Assembly (NCBI GenBank): GCA_964658305.1
Contig: OZ210885.1
Location: 19,530,001-19,594,000, forward strand
DNA length: 64,000 bases
Direction: 5' to 3'
From: Leptogorgia sarmentosa
Taxonomy: Eukaryota
Of this stretch, positions 26,275 through 38,987 are shown piece by piece (the stretch's first letter is position 1; each line of letters starts with the position of its first letter). A program made the translations under genes and the position numbers. Below the pieces are notes generated by a model that saw only the letters and a list, made by a program, of their open reading frames with translations, was not told the origin of the DNA and did not search any database.

Positions 26275-27890
26275 CTGCCTTTCTGCAACAGGAGAAAGTT
26301 AGCCTCACCATTTACATTGCCCAATGCTTCAAGTGCAGAGTTTAGCATTTTGTCTTCAACATGTGGGAACATTTCCCGTAGTTCTTGAAGTTCTTCAATG
26401 CGTTCTACAGCCAGTAATAATATTAAAGAAACCATTAACCCAATTTTGGCAAATTATTGAATGCGAACTCATCATTCTTACTATGAACAATTGAAATAAA
26501 AATGCTGATTTAAATGTAAAATTATCTACTATTAAATGGAATGTTGTACCTCCATTTATTGTATTGCTTCCAGTGGTGCTTGTAAACTCAGTAATTTGTG
26601 ATTCATGACACACTTGTCTGGAAAAGTAATTGAAATAAATACCTATGCATGGCGTGACTGATCAGCAGTTAGCAAATCATGATGTTTGAATGAAATGAAA
26701 GTATTGTTCATACTGTATATCACATACACATACTCATACAACATACTCTTACAACATACTCTGAAGTCTGTGATTGATTTGACTGCAAGCACCCATCACA
26801 AGTGTTTTGGTGTTGTCTTATTTCTGCCATTGCTATGTTCTCATTGCAGCCAATACAGCAGACTTTAGGAGATTCTTGGTGAGATTCCTTTGATGAAACA
26901 AATATATATACAAACAAATTAATTAATAAAACTTACCATTACAGTATGATTACCATTTTCTTTTGCTCCTCCTCCTCCCCCCCCCCCATCCCTTCACCCT
27001 GTCTAGAATGTTAAATACTTAATGCAACTCTCACTTTTTATAGTTTGGAGAGGCCGAATAAGTGCCTTCCTAAAGGAATCCTAAGATTTTCCAGAGGGGT
27101 GTGCCCAATTGTAATTTGCAATAGCCTACTAATCTATTATAATGGTTGTAAAGAAGTACTTAATGCATTTGCTTACTTTGGTGCATCTTCTAATGCAATA
27201 TCCTGCTGAATCGGTCTCAAAAATGCTTTTGCCTGTCCAAGAGCACTCTTCAGAAAGTTGACCATATACCCCATATGAGGACATGGAACGACCATGAACA
27301 GCCTTGAGTTGCCATCAGATGTTCGAAGAATTTCATATCCTCCACAATTCATCAAAGCTGCAAATGTTTGAAGTATTTTATCGTGAACATACTGAGAGTC
27401 ACCACTCTTGTCGAAAATAATTTTTTCTTCTCCCAAGCCAGCCAAGCTCAGACTAATCTTCTCTGAGGCAGTTGGTGCCGATGTTTGGTTTCTCTTTGAG
27501 AGACAAACAAATGCTTTAGTGAAGGTATTCTTGGGCACATATGAGTGATATGACTGCCTTGAGCTGCTAGTACTTGGCCTCGAATATGGTGTGCTGCCTC
27601 TCTGGCCACGTCTTGACGGTGTAGCTGTTGCTGTGGGTGGAGTAAAGTTAAATAGTTCTTCTATGTTCAGATAGTGCAGAAACCTGAATCGGAACATTAC
27701 TCAAAGCAGTGGTTGGGCAAACGAATGATCCAATTTTGACAGTACCGGTGGCAGGAGATCTCGTTGTCAAGCTCAATGACGAAGTTGATGTAGTGGATGA
27801 AGAGAACGACGACTCAACTCTATTGGCAGAACCAATATCATTCGCGGCTGAAAGAAGCCTATTTGCGCATTCTCTAAGGACATTTTCCAT
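26275..27890 (-). pseudogene. Spliced accessory gene resembling the N-terminal part of G2E3-like HECT proteins carried by IS3EU-type transposons
   Basis: 'FVCLS..PTASEKISLSLAGLGEEKI...GGYEILRT...LGQAKAFLRPIQQDI'; later exons 'CIGCNENI..IRQHQNTC' and CUE-like 'LQELREMFPHV'. No HECT domain seen. Confidence 0.5.
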
Positions 27891-28262
27891 GTTTCAATAA
27901 TTTACAATTCAAATGAACAGGTCTAAAACTATGACAATAACGCCGGTCCAAAAGATTAACCACAAGGTTGTTGACAAACACGAGTGTAATGACACTATAT
28001 TGATTGCAAGATGAATTACAAGGCGATGGTCACCGCTGGCCAAATACAGGCTCAAGCAGCCAAGCTCGCTATGCATTATCAATGAATTTACTTCTTCGAT
28101 GAATTTGCTTATTTGACAAAATTTCCCCAAATTTACTTGTTCAAGGAATGCGGTTGAATTTGCATAGATGAATTCATACGTGTGATGAATTCACAGTTCA
28201 CACGTTTCATTTGCCAAATTCATATGTGTTAACAACAGAAGTCGACAAATTTACTATATAGT

Positions 28263-30050
28263 ATTTTGACCCCGATAAAGCGCCATATGCGCATGATTTG
28301 CAAACGTCATACATCATAAATTCGAAATTTTACAACAACATTTCCATTTATGGTAAAAAGCAAGCCATATTTGGTAAGTCACTTACATAATCAAAACCAT
28401 TCGATCGACACTTCGACAGATTCAACAGTTGAAACTCGAAAACATTGAAAAGCGAATAAAGTTTACAGCGTAAAAAATGAATAAAGTAATGAAATAAAGA
28501 AACTAAAGTTCATCAAACAGTTACTGAACGTTTTATGTGAGATCTAATCTGAGTCTGATTCTATTATGAATTGCTTTTTCTTGTTGGGACATGAATCACT
28601 ATCAGTTGTAGTCGGAACAATGCTGAAGTTGAACGTGCAGCCTTCAAATTTGCCAATCTTTGCACCGGAAAACAATCCAGATGCTGTTGTTGTTGCAGAT
28701 TCTCAGGAAATTACTGACTTGAATGAAGTGGTTGGTTGAACGTTGCTCGGCTGAGGATGTTGGACATCTTACGCTGATGAACTGTGGAAGCTGCTTTGTA
28801 GGCATCCAAACTTTGTAGGTTTTTATGCCCAGTCAATTGAGCCATGTAATTTACTGGAATTTCAGCGTCCATCAGACGGGAAATGCATGTTTTCCGGACG
28901 GAATGGTTGCTTATGTTGCCTGGTAATCCTGGTAATCACAGTTTTAGCAGCTGTGACAAGAAACTTCCCGATCAAGTTCTTTCCCAAAGTAACGTTTGAA
29001 TACCAAATCTGAGAACTTGGTCTACGTTTGTGGTTCACTGCAAGGAAGAATAGCGACTCTGGTTGCTTAGATGCTTCTGGTCGATGACTTGCAAAGGCTT
29101 TGTAGAGATTCACTGGACAACGACGGTTGTTTGTGGCTTGCGCTGTTGGGAAAAACGCTCTCTGGTGACCATTGCTGTGCCTTGTCTTTGAGCCTCGCTC
29201 AGGCTTCCAAACAAGAACTTCATTGCCGGTTTTAGGATCGGAACTTAAGCCAATGTCTCCCCACTTGAGTTTTCGAGACTCGTCTCGAGCTCAGAAGCCA
29301 AAGTGTAGTGCAATTGCTCACCAAACGTTGTCCGTTGAAGGACCTCGGAGTTGTGGTCGCCAAATAGACCCTGGTCGAAAAGCAAGTCTTCTTCAGCTTC
29401 TGTCAATGCTCTCGCTGCTTGTGGATGATTCCCTTCTGCTAGCCTTTTACGAGCTAGAAGAACTTCTCTGGACTTATTAAATTCGGGGTCTTGGAAAATA
29501 TTAATGGTGGAATTGCTTTCATTCAAATAGCGTTGGAAAGTGACGAGGGCTCGTAAACACTGCCATTTTTTTTGTTATAGTCATGAAAAATCTACACAAC
29601 AGGACATTCAACTCTTCAACTGGTATGTCTTCCAGGTTTCTGCTTTCTTGAACGCTTTCACAGAAACGCTTCCAAATGTTTAAGTCGTAGGTTGTTTTTT
29701 TCGTAGTATTAATTGGTCATTGCTGGGCAATCTAATTTCGTCATCAAAGCTCTCGTTACTCTGCAAAACTTGAGTGTTGTTGGCATTCTGTTGTTCTTGA
29801 GTGTTGTTGGCCATGTTTAATTCATCGGGATAGTAAAACTCACTTTCACTGTGATAGCTTTCATTATCGCTATCCATTTTGGTTCACAAGTTTTGTGAAT
29901 AAATCGACAAAATTATGTTTACATTTGTTTACATTTTAAAAAACCGTTAGCGGTCCGGTTGAGCGGTCCGTATCGTGAAAAACCGGACCGCAAACGCAGC
30001 AATCTGATTGGTTAAAAGGCATGGATACCGGACCGGAAAAAAAAATCTTT
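28263..30050 (-). mobile_element. CryptonA-type (DUF3504/KCTD1-like tyrosine recombinase) element, pseudogenised
   Basis: 'EFNKSREVLLARKRL..GNHPQAARALTEAEEDLL', 'LHFGF..RDESRKLKWGD', 'FFLAVNH...LGKNLIGKF', 'NHSVRKT', 'GHKNLQSLDAY'. Confidence 0.88.
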
Positions 30051-30100
30051 GTTTTCTCAAATCTATTTTCTAACTATTTTGTGGCCAACTGGATCGATAC

Positions 30101-30910
30101 TAGAAGAAGAAGAAGAAAAATTGTTTAATAGCTAACACACATTGCAGTCTGTACGACTGAATTACATGTGAGCGAAATTTACAAGTTAGAATCTATATAA
30201 AATACGTATAAATATTTACATAATCTTTAACTATTTCTTCAGGAACTATAATAAAAACCCTAATGTTACTATATAGTCATTATTTTATTTATCAGCCATA
30301 TACATGCTGTGACTGATAATAAATGATTTTTTAAACTGATCTGTTTTACAAATTGGAGTATTGAAGCGTCTCGTATTTCTTAAGGACTTGTTGTGGTTTG
30401 ACTTGGGTGGTAAAAGTTCGGCCAGCTTGTGGTTTTTGTCATTAACAATATCTTTAAACAACTTACGAGATAAGAGTTCGTGTCTAGAGTGTAATGTGGT
30501 AATATTAGCTTTGGCTAACGCTTCTCCATATTTTAAACCAGGGTAGACGATTCACATAGCACGCCTTTGAATGCGCTCAATTTCGTCAGACAGATAGTTG
30601 GGAAGACTTTGGTGGAATACCTGGCATGAGTATTCTAGAGTTGATCTAATAACATTACAATAGAAAAGTACAAGATCGTTATGGTTAATTCGTGCTCCTT
30701 TGAGCTGCTTCAAGAGGTATAAGCGTTTGGAAGCTTTGGTGGTAATAACTTCTACGTGGTCGTTCCATTTAAGATCATTCCTTACCGACATCCCTAGAAT
30801 TTTGGCTGAAGATAATCTCTCAAAGTTTAGTCCATTTACTTCTAGCTGAGCGTAAGACGTAGGTGTTCTCTTAAAGCAGGTTAGGATTTCTTTGGACTTA
30901 GATGGTTTTA
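30101..30910 (-). mobile_element. 5'-truncated CR1/L2-group LINE with (TTC)n tail
   Basis: 'KILGMSVRNDLKWNDHV...KASKRLYLL...IRSTLEY...IERIQRRAM'; tail AGAAGAAGA at about 30102-30116. Confidence 0.85.
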
Positions 30911-32286
30911 GTTCGAGGCGATTTTCGGTTTTCAATGTGCTCATTATAACATTTTATGCTTTAAGTTGAATCTAAAAATCAATTTACGATACTGGTTATT
31001 GATAGATATATGCTTAAAATGTTATATTACCCTCGACCTGTAAGCCCCAATCGGTATATCCGGTCCAACCATGACTATGACGGTGACCAGTCAAAACGGC
31101 CCCAAGGCAAAATGGCCCCACATCCGATGGTAAAAACGGCCCCATACAAATGACTTATATTAATACTATATTCATGAACTCATATCATACGATTATTAGG
31201 TTTTTGTAATATATATTTTGAAGCAGATGTCTTGAATATCATACATAGTTACTTAGCCATATTTCCGAGTCTTGCAATGAGTCTTCGTATTTTATATAAA
31301 GCTTCAAAAACATAAATAGATCTATTGTCCAAGCGCATCTTTTGTCAGTTAATCCTGTTGTGACTGTTGTTTGCATTAATTGCCTTGAAACAAACAACAT
31401 AAATAGCTTGAAAAATTAACAGAAGAATAAAATCCAAATTGAATGGGCTTTTTTAAGTAAGCGTGTCATCATTCCTCACATGATTGTCGATCACGCAGGA
31501 AATGCGAAACATCCTATAACTTGCATGTAGCATGCAGCGTCATGTCGTCATGCAAGGTCGGTTGTTTGAAAGTCGGATAACTTTATCTGCTCGAAGTGAT
31601 TTTGCTGTTGTAAAAATGTTCAAAAAGCCATAAGATAGATAGATTTTGAGAAAACACATTGCAGCTAAATACAGCTGGAATGCGTGTTACTTTACAACAA
31701 TGAAAGTTATGAAAATAAGGTTTATCTAAAAGAGCATATAAAAAGGAATTACAAATATTTTAAAGTATATAAGTCATATAAAATTTATATTTACAAAGCT
31801 AAAACTTAATGAAGATTACGCACAAGAGAATTGTTTAATACAGGAAGGAATAAATGTTTGTAAAAATCAAAAAAATTATAAAAACAAAATATGAAGACTT
31901 TTATAGCGGTTACACATAATTTCCAGATATAAACTGGCTTGCGATTGATAGGCAACTTCCATTCATTACCCAATCAAATACGCGTGTATTAGATATATTG
32001 CCTTGAGATATATTGCTAACCTACTATATTTTCTGGACAAAACATTTAAAAATATCAAAAACAAAACTTGAACAGAAGCATGTATGAGTCATCCGGATGT
32101 TATTGACTGTATCACAATAAGTTATTGTGATACAATGATGATACCATGCCATTGTTCTTGCGCAGTCATTGTCATCAATGGCCAAACACAATCGTATAAA
32201 ATGTGTTACAAGTATACAGTATCTTCACTCGAACATTCACCACCGCTGCGCTACAGTCAGAAGTTCTATTCACTGTTTTACTGAAG

Positions 32287-34656
32287 ATGTCTGCCGAAGA
32301 TAACTGCATTCGCTGCAAGGAGCCTGTAAGAGCTCGGCAACAGGGGCTGTTATGCGATTGCTGCGAAAGATGGCAACATCGGACCTGCAACAGTGGGATA
32401 TCGCTAAAAGCGTATCGAACCGCTGTTAGATGCGGTGAAGAAATTGACTGGTGTTGCGTAGACTTCTTGTTTGATTCTTGTTGCCTGCCGCAGAGAGCAC
32501 GAGACTGGTTCAAGAATGTGAGTATTCTACTCCATATAGCTGTATAGAAATGATTGATAATATAGAATAATATGAAAACTCAATAATTTAACTATTTGCA
32601 GCCGAACAAGAAGTAGATGAAGATTTAGTAAAGATGTTGGTCGACATGGCTGCTAGCGGTTCGGAAACTGACACACCCGAAGGAATGGACTGTGGCCCTC
32701 AAGGTATCAATTGCATTCGCCAGTCTTTTTTAGTGTAACTAAAAAATTGACGTCATGTATTGAGTACACGAAGTTATACTGATTGCACACAGTGCTTTAA
32801 AATAATAAGTACCTTTTTCGTTCAGAAATTCAGAATTGTCTGTCAAGATCTGTTGAGGCTCATAGTCTTCTAATGGAGGAAAATTTCAACGAAAGCATGC
32901 CTACTTTTGATGTTCTGGAACAGCTGACAGAATCGTCCATTGAAGACAACACGCCAAGACACTGGGAACATGATAATGCAACTACAGAGATAACATACCA
33001 ACTTATTGAAGATGGCTCGCAGAAAGGCAAAGAAAAGCTGGCAGACAGCCGAGGCTTCACGTACATCATTAAAGCGCAAAGAGTCAATGGCAATAAAGTT
33101 TGGAGGTGCAGCGTTAGGAACAAATCTGTATGGTGCAAAGCAATTGTATCACAAAAAGGTTCTGTCTTCACCCAGGGATCGCAGCCCCACACACAACCCG
33201 CCCAGCTTGGAGCAGCAGTTGCCACTAAAGTTGCAGCAGCGGCGAAGAAAATCACGGCCACTGAAATATTTACATCTGCCGCTGAAATAGTTAATAAGGT
33301 AATATGTTATTATTTTTTAATAAATTATTTCAATTGGGAGCTCATTATAAATCTTGGCTCCAGCAAATTCAAGCTTCATTTTAGGTAATTTTACTGATAC
33401 AGCGTTAAATCATTCATTGAATTTCCTTGTTAAAGCAAGTCTTTTAAATATTTTTTTAGGTAATGTTGGAACAGGGTGTGGTTACATCTAGTGAGCCATT
33501 GCCGGCATTGAGAAACCCAGAATACATTGCACGAGCAGCTAACCGTCACCGTCAACACATGCGACCAGCAGAGCCAACAGACTTAGAATTTGAAGTCAAC
33601 GAGGACCACATACCAGATGATTTTTTGAAGTCTGACATAAAGATCGATGGAAGGCGCCACTTGGTTTTTCCAACTGAAAACATGCTGAATTTACTGTCGA
33701 AGTCGAAGACATGGTATGTAGATGGGACTTTTAAAGTGGTAAAAGAACATTTTACGCAATTATTCACGATCCATTCGTTTGTGCGGAGTGGAGAATGCGT
33801 AAAGCAAGTGCCACTTGCATTCGTGTTGATGTCGGGCAAAAGACAACGGGACTACCGAAAAGTTCTGAAAGCAATAAAAGATCTAACGGGAAGCAGGAAA
33901 CTAGAAAAAATTATTCTCGACTTCGAGAATGCGGTATGGTGTGCAATTCCACAAGTGTTTCCAGGTGTCACGATTCGTGGCTGCTCTTTTCACTGGGCAC
34001 AGTGCATATGGAGGAAGATCCAGGATGTTGGTCTGGCCCCAGCCTATACAAACGATAACGCCACGCATAAACTATGCAGAAAGTTCCTTGCGCTGCCGTA
34101 CCTACCCAAGGAACATATATCAGCTATATTCGAGAAACTTGCGGCAAAGGCTACGTCTTCGCCAATGCTGATAGAACTCGTCAGGTATATTCGCACAAAC
34201 TGGATTGAAGGTAAAATAATGTAATTTTCGGGTAGTAAAACTCCCTTTCACTATGACTTTTGTCGCCGCTATATTTTTTAAACAGTAAAAAAATAACGTA
34301 TGTTCTGTTTATTTCTTGTTATTGAAGGTGAATTGTGGAAGCCGGAAACTTGGAGCGTGTTTTGTCAAGTTGTGAGAACCAACAACGACGTTGAAGGCTG
34401 GCATGGTATGCTAAATCGACATGCAAAGCGTGGGAACCTGAGCTTCTACTTGATGGTACGTCTTCTCCACGAGCAAGCACAGCTTGTCGCCATGCAAGTC
34501 CGGTTAGTGTCCGAGGAGAAGTTAAAGCGAAGACAAAGAAAAAAATATCGCCAGGTGCAAGGCAAACTTTTTGAGAATTGGTCGCAATATATAAATGGAG
34601 AGTTGTCAGCCATGAAGCTTTTGTCGAGATGCTCCTACCTCGCATCCCCAATCTAA
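32287..34656 (+). pseudogene. PHD-FLYWCH-MULE transposase, 5 exons (32287-32517, 32601-32703, 32826-33298, 33460-34210, 34328-34656)
   Basis: PHD 'CIRC...CDCCERWQHRTC', FLYWCH 'WRCSVRNKSVWC..H', DDE 'YVDGTF', 'LDFE', 'GCSFHW', 'RTNNDVEGWH'; GT-AG introns; one apparent frameshift near 32465. Confidence 0.88.
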
Positions 34657-34938
34657 GGACGGGAGGACTACTATGTTACCATAATATGTTAGTTAGTTAT
34701 TTATACGGTGCTATAATATGTTAGTTAGTTAGTTATATATAGAAATTAAGATGTACATAAATATGTAAAATACTCCAAATATATGCTTATTCTTACAATT
34801 GGAAAATGTGTGTTCATTATGTTCATGAAAGAGTTTTTCACTATTAATTTTTCATTATATTTTTAACCTGTCAAAGGCATTTAGATACTTTAGGATTGGC
34901 ATCAGGTCTGATTGCGTTATTATGGTTAAAATTGTCCA

Positions 34939-35397
34939 TTAAACAATTATTGAATGAGGCCGAGTAGGATATGAGGAATTATTCAGGCCGAGGTTTGTGT
35001 TATCTGCCGAAGCCGAAGGCTGAGGAAGATAACACAAACCGAGGCCTAAATAATTCCGGAAATAGAACAATAATATAGTGTTCCCAAGACTGAATAAGCC
35101 AATCAGAATACAAGAGAAAATGTTCTTATAGCAATTCAACATAGCTAAACAAAAATTAAATCAAACAAATTTATTTCAACTCAATATAAACGTTTGGAAG
35201 AACCTTTCCTTTGAGGAAGCCATTTGTATTTTCCACAATTTTCCCGCTTTTGGCATATGCAGAATAAATTAGTCAACGTCATAATGTCGTATAATTTTCA
35301 ATATACGACATAATTACGTCATAATGTCGTATATGAGGATTTATTGCACTGCTTTTAACCAATCAAAACTCTTGAATTGTTTGAAATAAATAATAAT
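34939..35397. mobile_element. Non-autonomous Crypton-like element with internal hairpin; its right part is also present at about 9805-9940
   Basis: AACAATTATTGAATGAGG start; hairpin GAGGTTTGTGTTATCT...AGATAACACAAACCGAGG; 35262-35397 closely matches 9805-9940. Confidence 0.65.
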
Positions 35398-35879
35398 ATG
35401 AATTTTCCTACTCTGAGGATAGGTTGATAATCAAATACAGGTATTGCTACCTGGATTTTATACAATAAATTACATGAATGTAAAATATGGGAGTATATGC
35501 ACACAAGAAAAAAAAATTCTGAAAATCATGTGTATATTTATATAAAAGAAAGCAGATTTTTCAGTGTCATTCAAGTACGTGTTCTGAAAATCAGCGATGA
35601 TGAGATTACATATGTAAATACATTTCAAATGCCATACAATATAAAAGAAGCTCGTATCTGTAACAACCTCCAGATAAATAAGTATAGCTCAGTGATCAAC
35701 ACAGACTAAGCGCCTGCATGCTTTTCCGCCTGTGAGCGTCTGTGACGCAGCTACTTTTAACGTCACAAATTAATAAGAAAGGTCTATTGAATATGCCGTT
35801 TTGACACAGATTAAAAGTAGATTGAGAGTCTTAATCTGTGGTTTTGACTCGGGGCCGTTTTGACTTGGGGCCGTGTGTA

Positions 35880-36164
35880 ATACAAAAGTATACAAAAAAT
35901 GCCAAATTCACAAGGTCATATTTTCTTTGCTTTATAATATTTTTCTTATTTCAAATTGTTTTAAAATTTGGTCTATGTATAAGGTTAATCAAGGGTCCAT
36001 TTGGGTGTTTTAAGAATTTTTAGCTTGTTGAATGCTCTTTCATTATGCTCAGTTGTCATTGGTGAAATTAAAGCTAATCAATGAATAAACCCGATTTGTC
36101 AGTGGAAAAACAGAATGTGAACTTGGGGGGTGCTCCCCCCTAATCCCTCCATTGGTACGGCCTG
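35880..36164. mobile_element. hAT-like terminal fragment
   Basis: Ends ...GGGGGGTGCTCCCCCC...GGTACGGCCTG (reverse complement CAGGCCGTAC). Confidence 0.45.
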
Positions 36165-36425
36165 CTGGATTTACATGCATATATACATGTATATATACAT
36201 ATATATTTTGCAGTCTGCTACAACTGCCCTGAACGAGCTTGGAAAAAGTGCTGAATCTGCAACAGTAGATCAGTGGGACATTTTTGGCAAGGATGTGGCC
36301 AGTCTCAGAAGCTCCTAGTGCACTATTCTAAGTGCAGTCATGCGTAACATGGGTATAAAAAGACTGAGTCACATGTAATCGGGGTCAGTTTGTTAAACTA
36401 GACTCCGGGTTAACTTCGTTGGATT

Positions 36426-36575
36426 ATGGCCGAACCCGTTGACGTCCCAGTCGTTTTGCCTGTACAAGTACCTGATGTCGCGCCAGAAGAAAATCCACCA
36501 GCCGTTGCAGCCGCACAGCACGATGATGAACCTCAAGTACAGCCTCAAGCGTTGCCTCAAGCGCAGCCCGCCGAG
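36426..36575 (+). CDS. Leader coding exon (50 codons, Pro/Val/Gln/Ala-rich) of element 1
   Basis: ATG at 36426; ends GAG|GTATGT (phase-0 donor at 36576); equivalent exon present in element 2. Confidence 0.7.
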
Positions 36576-37292
36576 GTATGTCGTTTTATACAGTGCCTTC
36601 AAACATTTTGAGATTTCTTTGGGGGCCATTCAGACTGACTGGCGTGAGTATCGTCTTTTTGGTTATTTTGTGTCTTACTTTTGAGATCAGCCTACCGCTT
36701 GCCTAGTTCTTAATCGTTCCGTTATTTGGGGCATTATTCTTGTCGCCCACCCAGTCATAGTTTTGGTTTGTGGGCCTTTGTAATTTTGGCTATTTACTAC
36801 GTTTATGAGGCCGGTTTCCGTGCTTGTTTCCCTGGTACCTTGTAGGCGTTGCTGCGCTGCGTGCTGCCAGCTTTTCTCGATCTTGTGTTGATTTGCTGAT
36901 TTTACAGAGCGATTTTTTCCCCAGTTTCGTACGACTGTTTGTCGCCAGTTATAATCAATGGTAATTATGGTATTTGTTTTATTTCCCTCCGGTAATCGTC
37001 GTTCATTCATTTAGGGTGTGTTCCCTTAATCCCGTATTTTACATAAGTGGCTTAGTTTCGTTATGCTTTGATGCACGCCCTGGTCATTTTAATACGGTAC
37101 AGCATTACAATCGTTCTTCGTTGCATTTATGTGCTAGGTTCATAGGTTTTATGTTTATGATTTAATCTCCCGCTATGGTTGGGCAAAGTTTTCCCGGTTT
37201 GATTGCATGGATGATGTTTGTTTTGCCTTAGACCTATAATTACTGGTGGTTTGATTTTACTTCCACTCTGGGGTCATTACTATAGCTTTTTC

Positions 37293-38141
37293 GGTTGAGG
37301 CCGACTTATCGTAGAGCATGGTTGGATGATTTGCTGTAGTCATTCAATTTCGATTCGGAAAGAAATGTTTTAGTTGAGGTCCAGTTATAATTATGTTTGA
37401 GGGTATGTTGTACATCAAGTATATTGGTTGGGGCCAATTCTAGTCCTGTACATATACGAGCAGGATGTGTTTGTTGATGCTACCTTACATATATAAAGGA
37501 ATGTCTATGTGGTGTCATTGGTTGCGGCCAATTTTAACTTTGTATAAACGTACGTCGCATTGTTTCACGGCGATTTATAGCCGCTGCGTGTCTGTACATG
37601 CGACAACCCCAGGATAGATATAGTATGATGCATTGGGTTCGCCCTATTTGCCAATGTATATGTCTAAACGTGTATGTGGTTGAGGCCAATTTATAATACG
37701 TGGTGGACATTGACTGTGTCGTTGAGACCGATTTACAATTCTGGTTAACAATACACCCTGCTGGTTGAGGCCAATTTGCGACTCGGTATGAGAATATCAT
37801 GTCTTAGTTGTAGCTACTTTACAACTTGGTCACTTCTGCATGACAATCAAACGTTGGTTGTGGCCAATTTCTAATGTTGGTTGAAGCGATACCCTGTATG
37901 TTCGGCCCAACTTGCGACTGTACGGAAATTATGTTTGTTGAGTGCAATTTACAGTGAACTGCGCGACAATCTGGTGAGTAGTGTCTAGATCTAGTGTCTA
38001 GTGGCCAATTTCAAGTCTATCTGACCGTCTAAAGTTTGGTTGTCGCCAACTGCATCTATGACCGGACGCATAATTTAGTGGTTGTGGCCAATTTCTGCCT
38101 TTTTATGCATGTAGCATACATGCACTCGTTGAGATCCGTTA
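37293..38141 (+). repeat. Array of about 19 copies of a ~15-nt repeat (GGTTGNGGCCAATTT) at about 43-nt period with divergent spacers, inside the putative intron 36576-38177
   Basis: Copies at 37293, 37372, 37426, 37472, 37520, 37635, 37678, 37720, 37763, 37806, 37856, 37899, 37936, 37997, 38038, 38080, 38127, plus weaker ones. Confidence 0.85.
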
Positions 38142-38177
38142 TGTGAATCTCGCTATAGTTTGGTTCTCGTGTTTTAG

Positions 38178-38693
38178 ATTGGAGAACAGTTACGATTGTT
38201 GAAAGAGGAAGTCCAGGCATTGCGTGCGAATCGTTCTCCACAAGATGGTGTTGATGCGGCGTTGCAATTTGTTCGCCAGCTGGCTTCATCACCTGTAACA
38301 TTGCGCGACCCAACCATGATTTCCGCCGCTCTTCAGACCTTAGCAGACCAGGCAAGGTGTGCCAGCCATCCAAAATCGGCTGAGTTTGAAGCCATACTAC
38401 GGCAAACGCGGCCATTACTTTATCGGCCTGAGTATGGCGATGTTATCATCAGATTGCTTGGCACAAAGGAGTAGACGGCCGTTGCGGCAACTATCGCCAA
38501 GATGACAAAGAACCTGACTTCCAATCGTCAACCTCCCGCCCACTCATATCGTCGCCAGTTTCGAGGTCGAGGGTCAGGTTGGCGTTTTGGTCGTGATCGT
38601 ACTGGGGCTAATCGTGCAACATTACTTTGTTTTCATTGTGGCCGTCCTGGTCATTTTCAGAGACATTGCCCCGATAAAAATTCTACAGCTTAA
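38178..38693 (+). pseudogene. gag-like exon of element 1 with CCHC knuckle (premature TAG at 38472-38474)
   Basis: Acceptor GTTTTAG|ATT; 'IGEQLRLLKEEVQALR...', 'CFHCGRPGHFQRHC'. Confidence 0.8.
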
Positions 38694-38987
38694 TGCGAAC
38701 ATTGCTTTGTATTACTGACACTTTGTATTCTTGGATACTATATTTAATTATATCATATATTGGCTCATTGTCTATTTTTGCTTTTACGTCTATTTCTCTA
38801 TTATTTCTCTATTTGAGTTGATCCTATTGAGTCCTCCTCGCCACTGCTGGACCTAGGTGCGGGCTTTGTACAGCCTTGTATGCCCCGCGAGGGGTTGCCT
38901 GGGGCCGACAGTGGTTGGGCGGGCTCCCTATGCCTCGGGTAAATCCTTTGTTTGTTTGCTAGTTTTGTTTTTTCTTTACCCCTTAAG

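Larger units (their letters stand above)
31082..35874 (+). mobile_element. MULE with AAAACGGCCCC subterminal repeats; right terminus clipped
   Basis: Left end GGTGACCAGTCAAAACGGCCCC with repeats; inverted copies GGGGCCGTTTTGAC at 35851-35874; no TSD recoverable. Confidence 0.85.

Noticed and set aside
37293..38141. True CRISPR array
   Set aside because: The context is eukaryotic, there are no cas genes, the repeats are only about 15 nt and degenerate, and the spacers share residual similarity. Reported as a repeat array instead.
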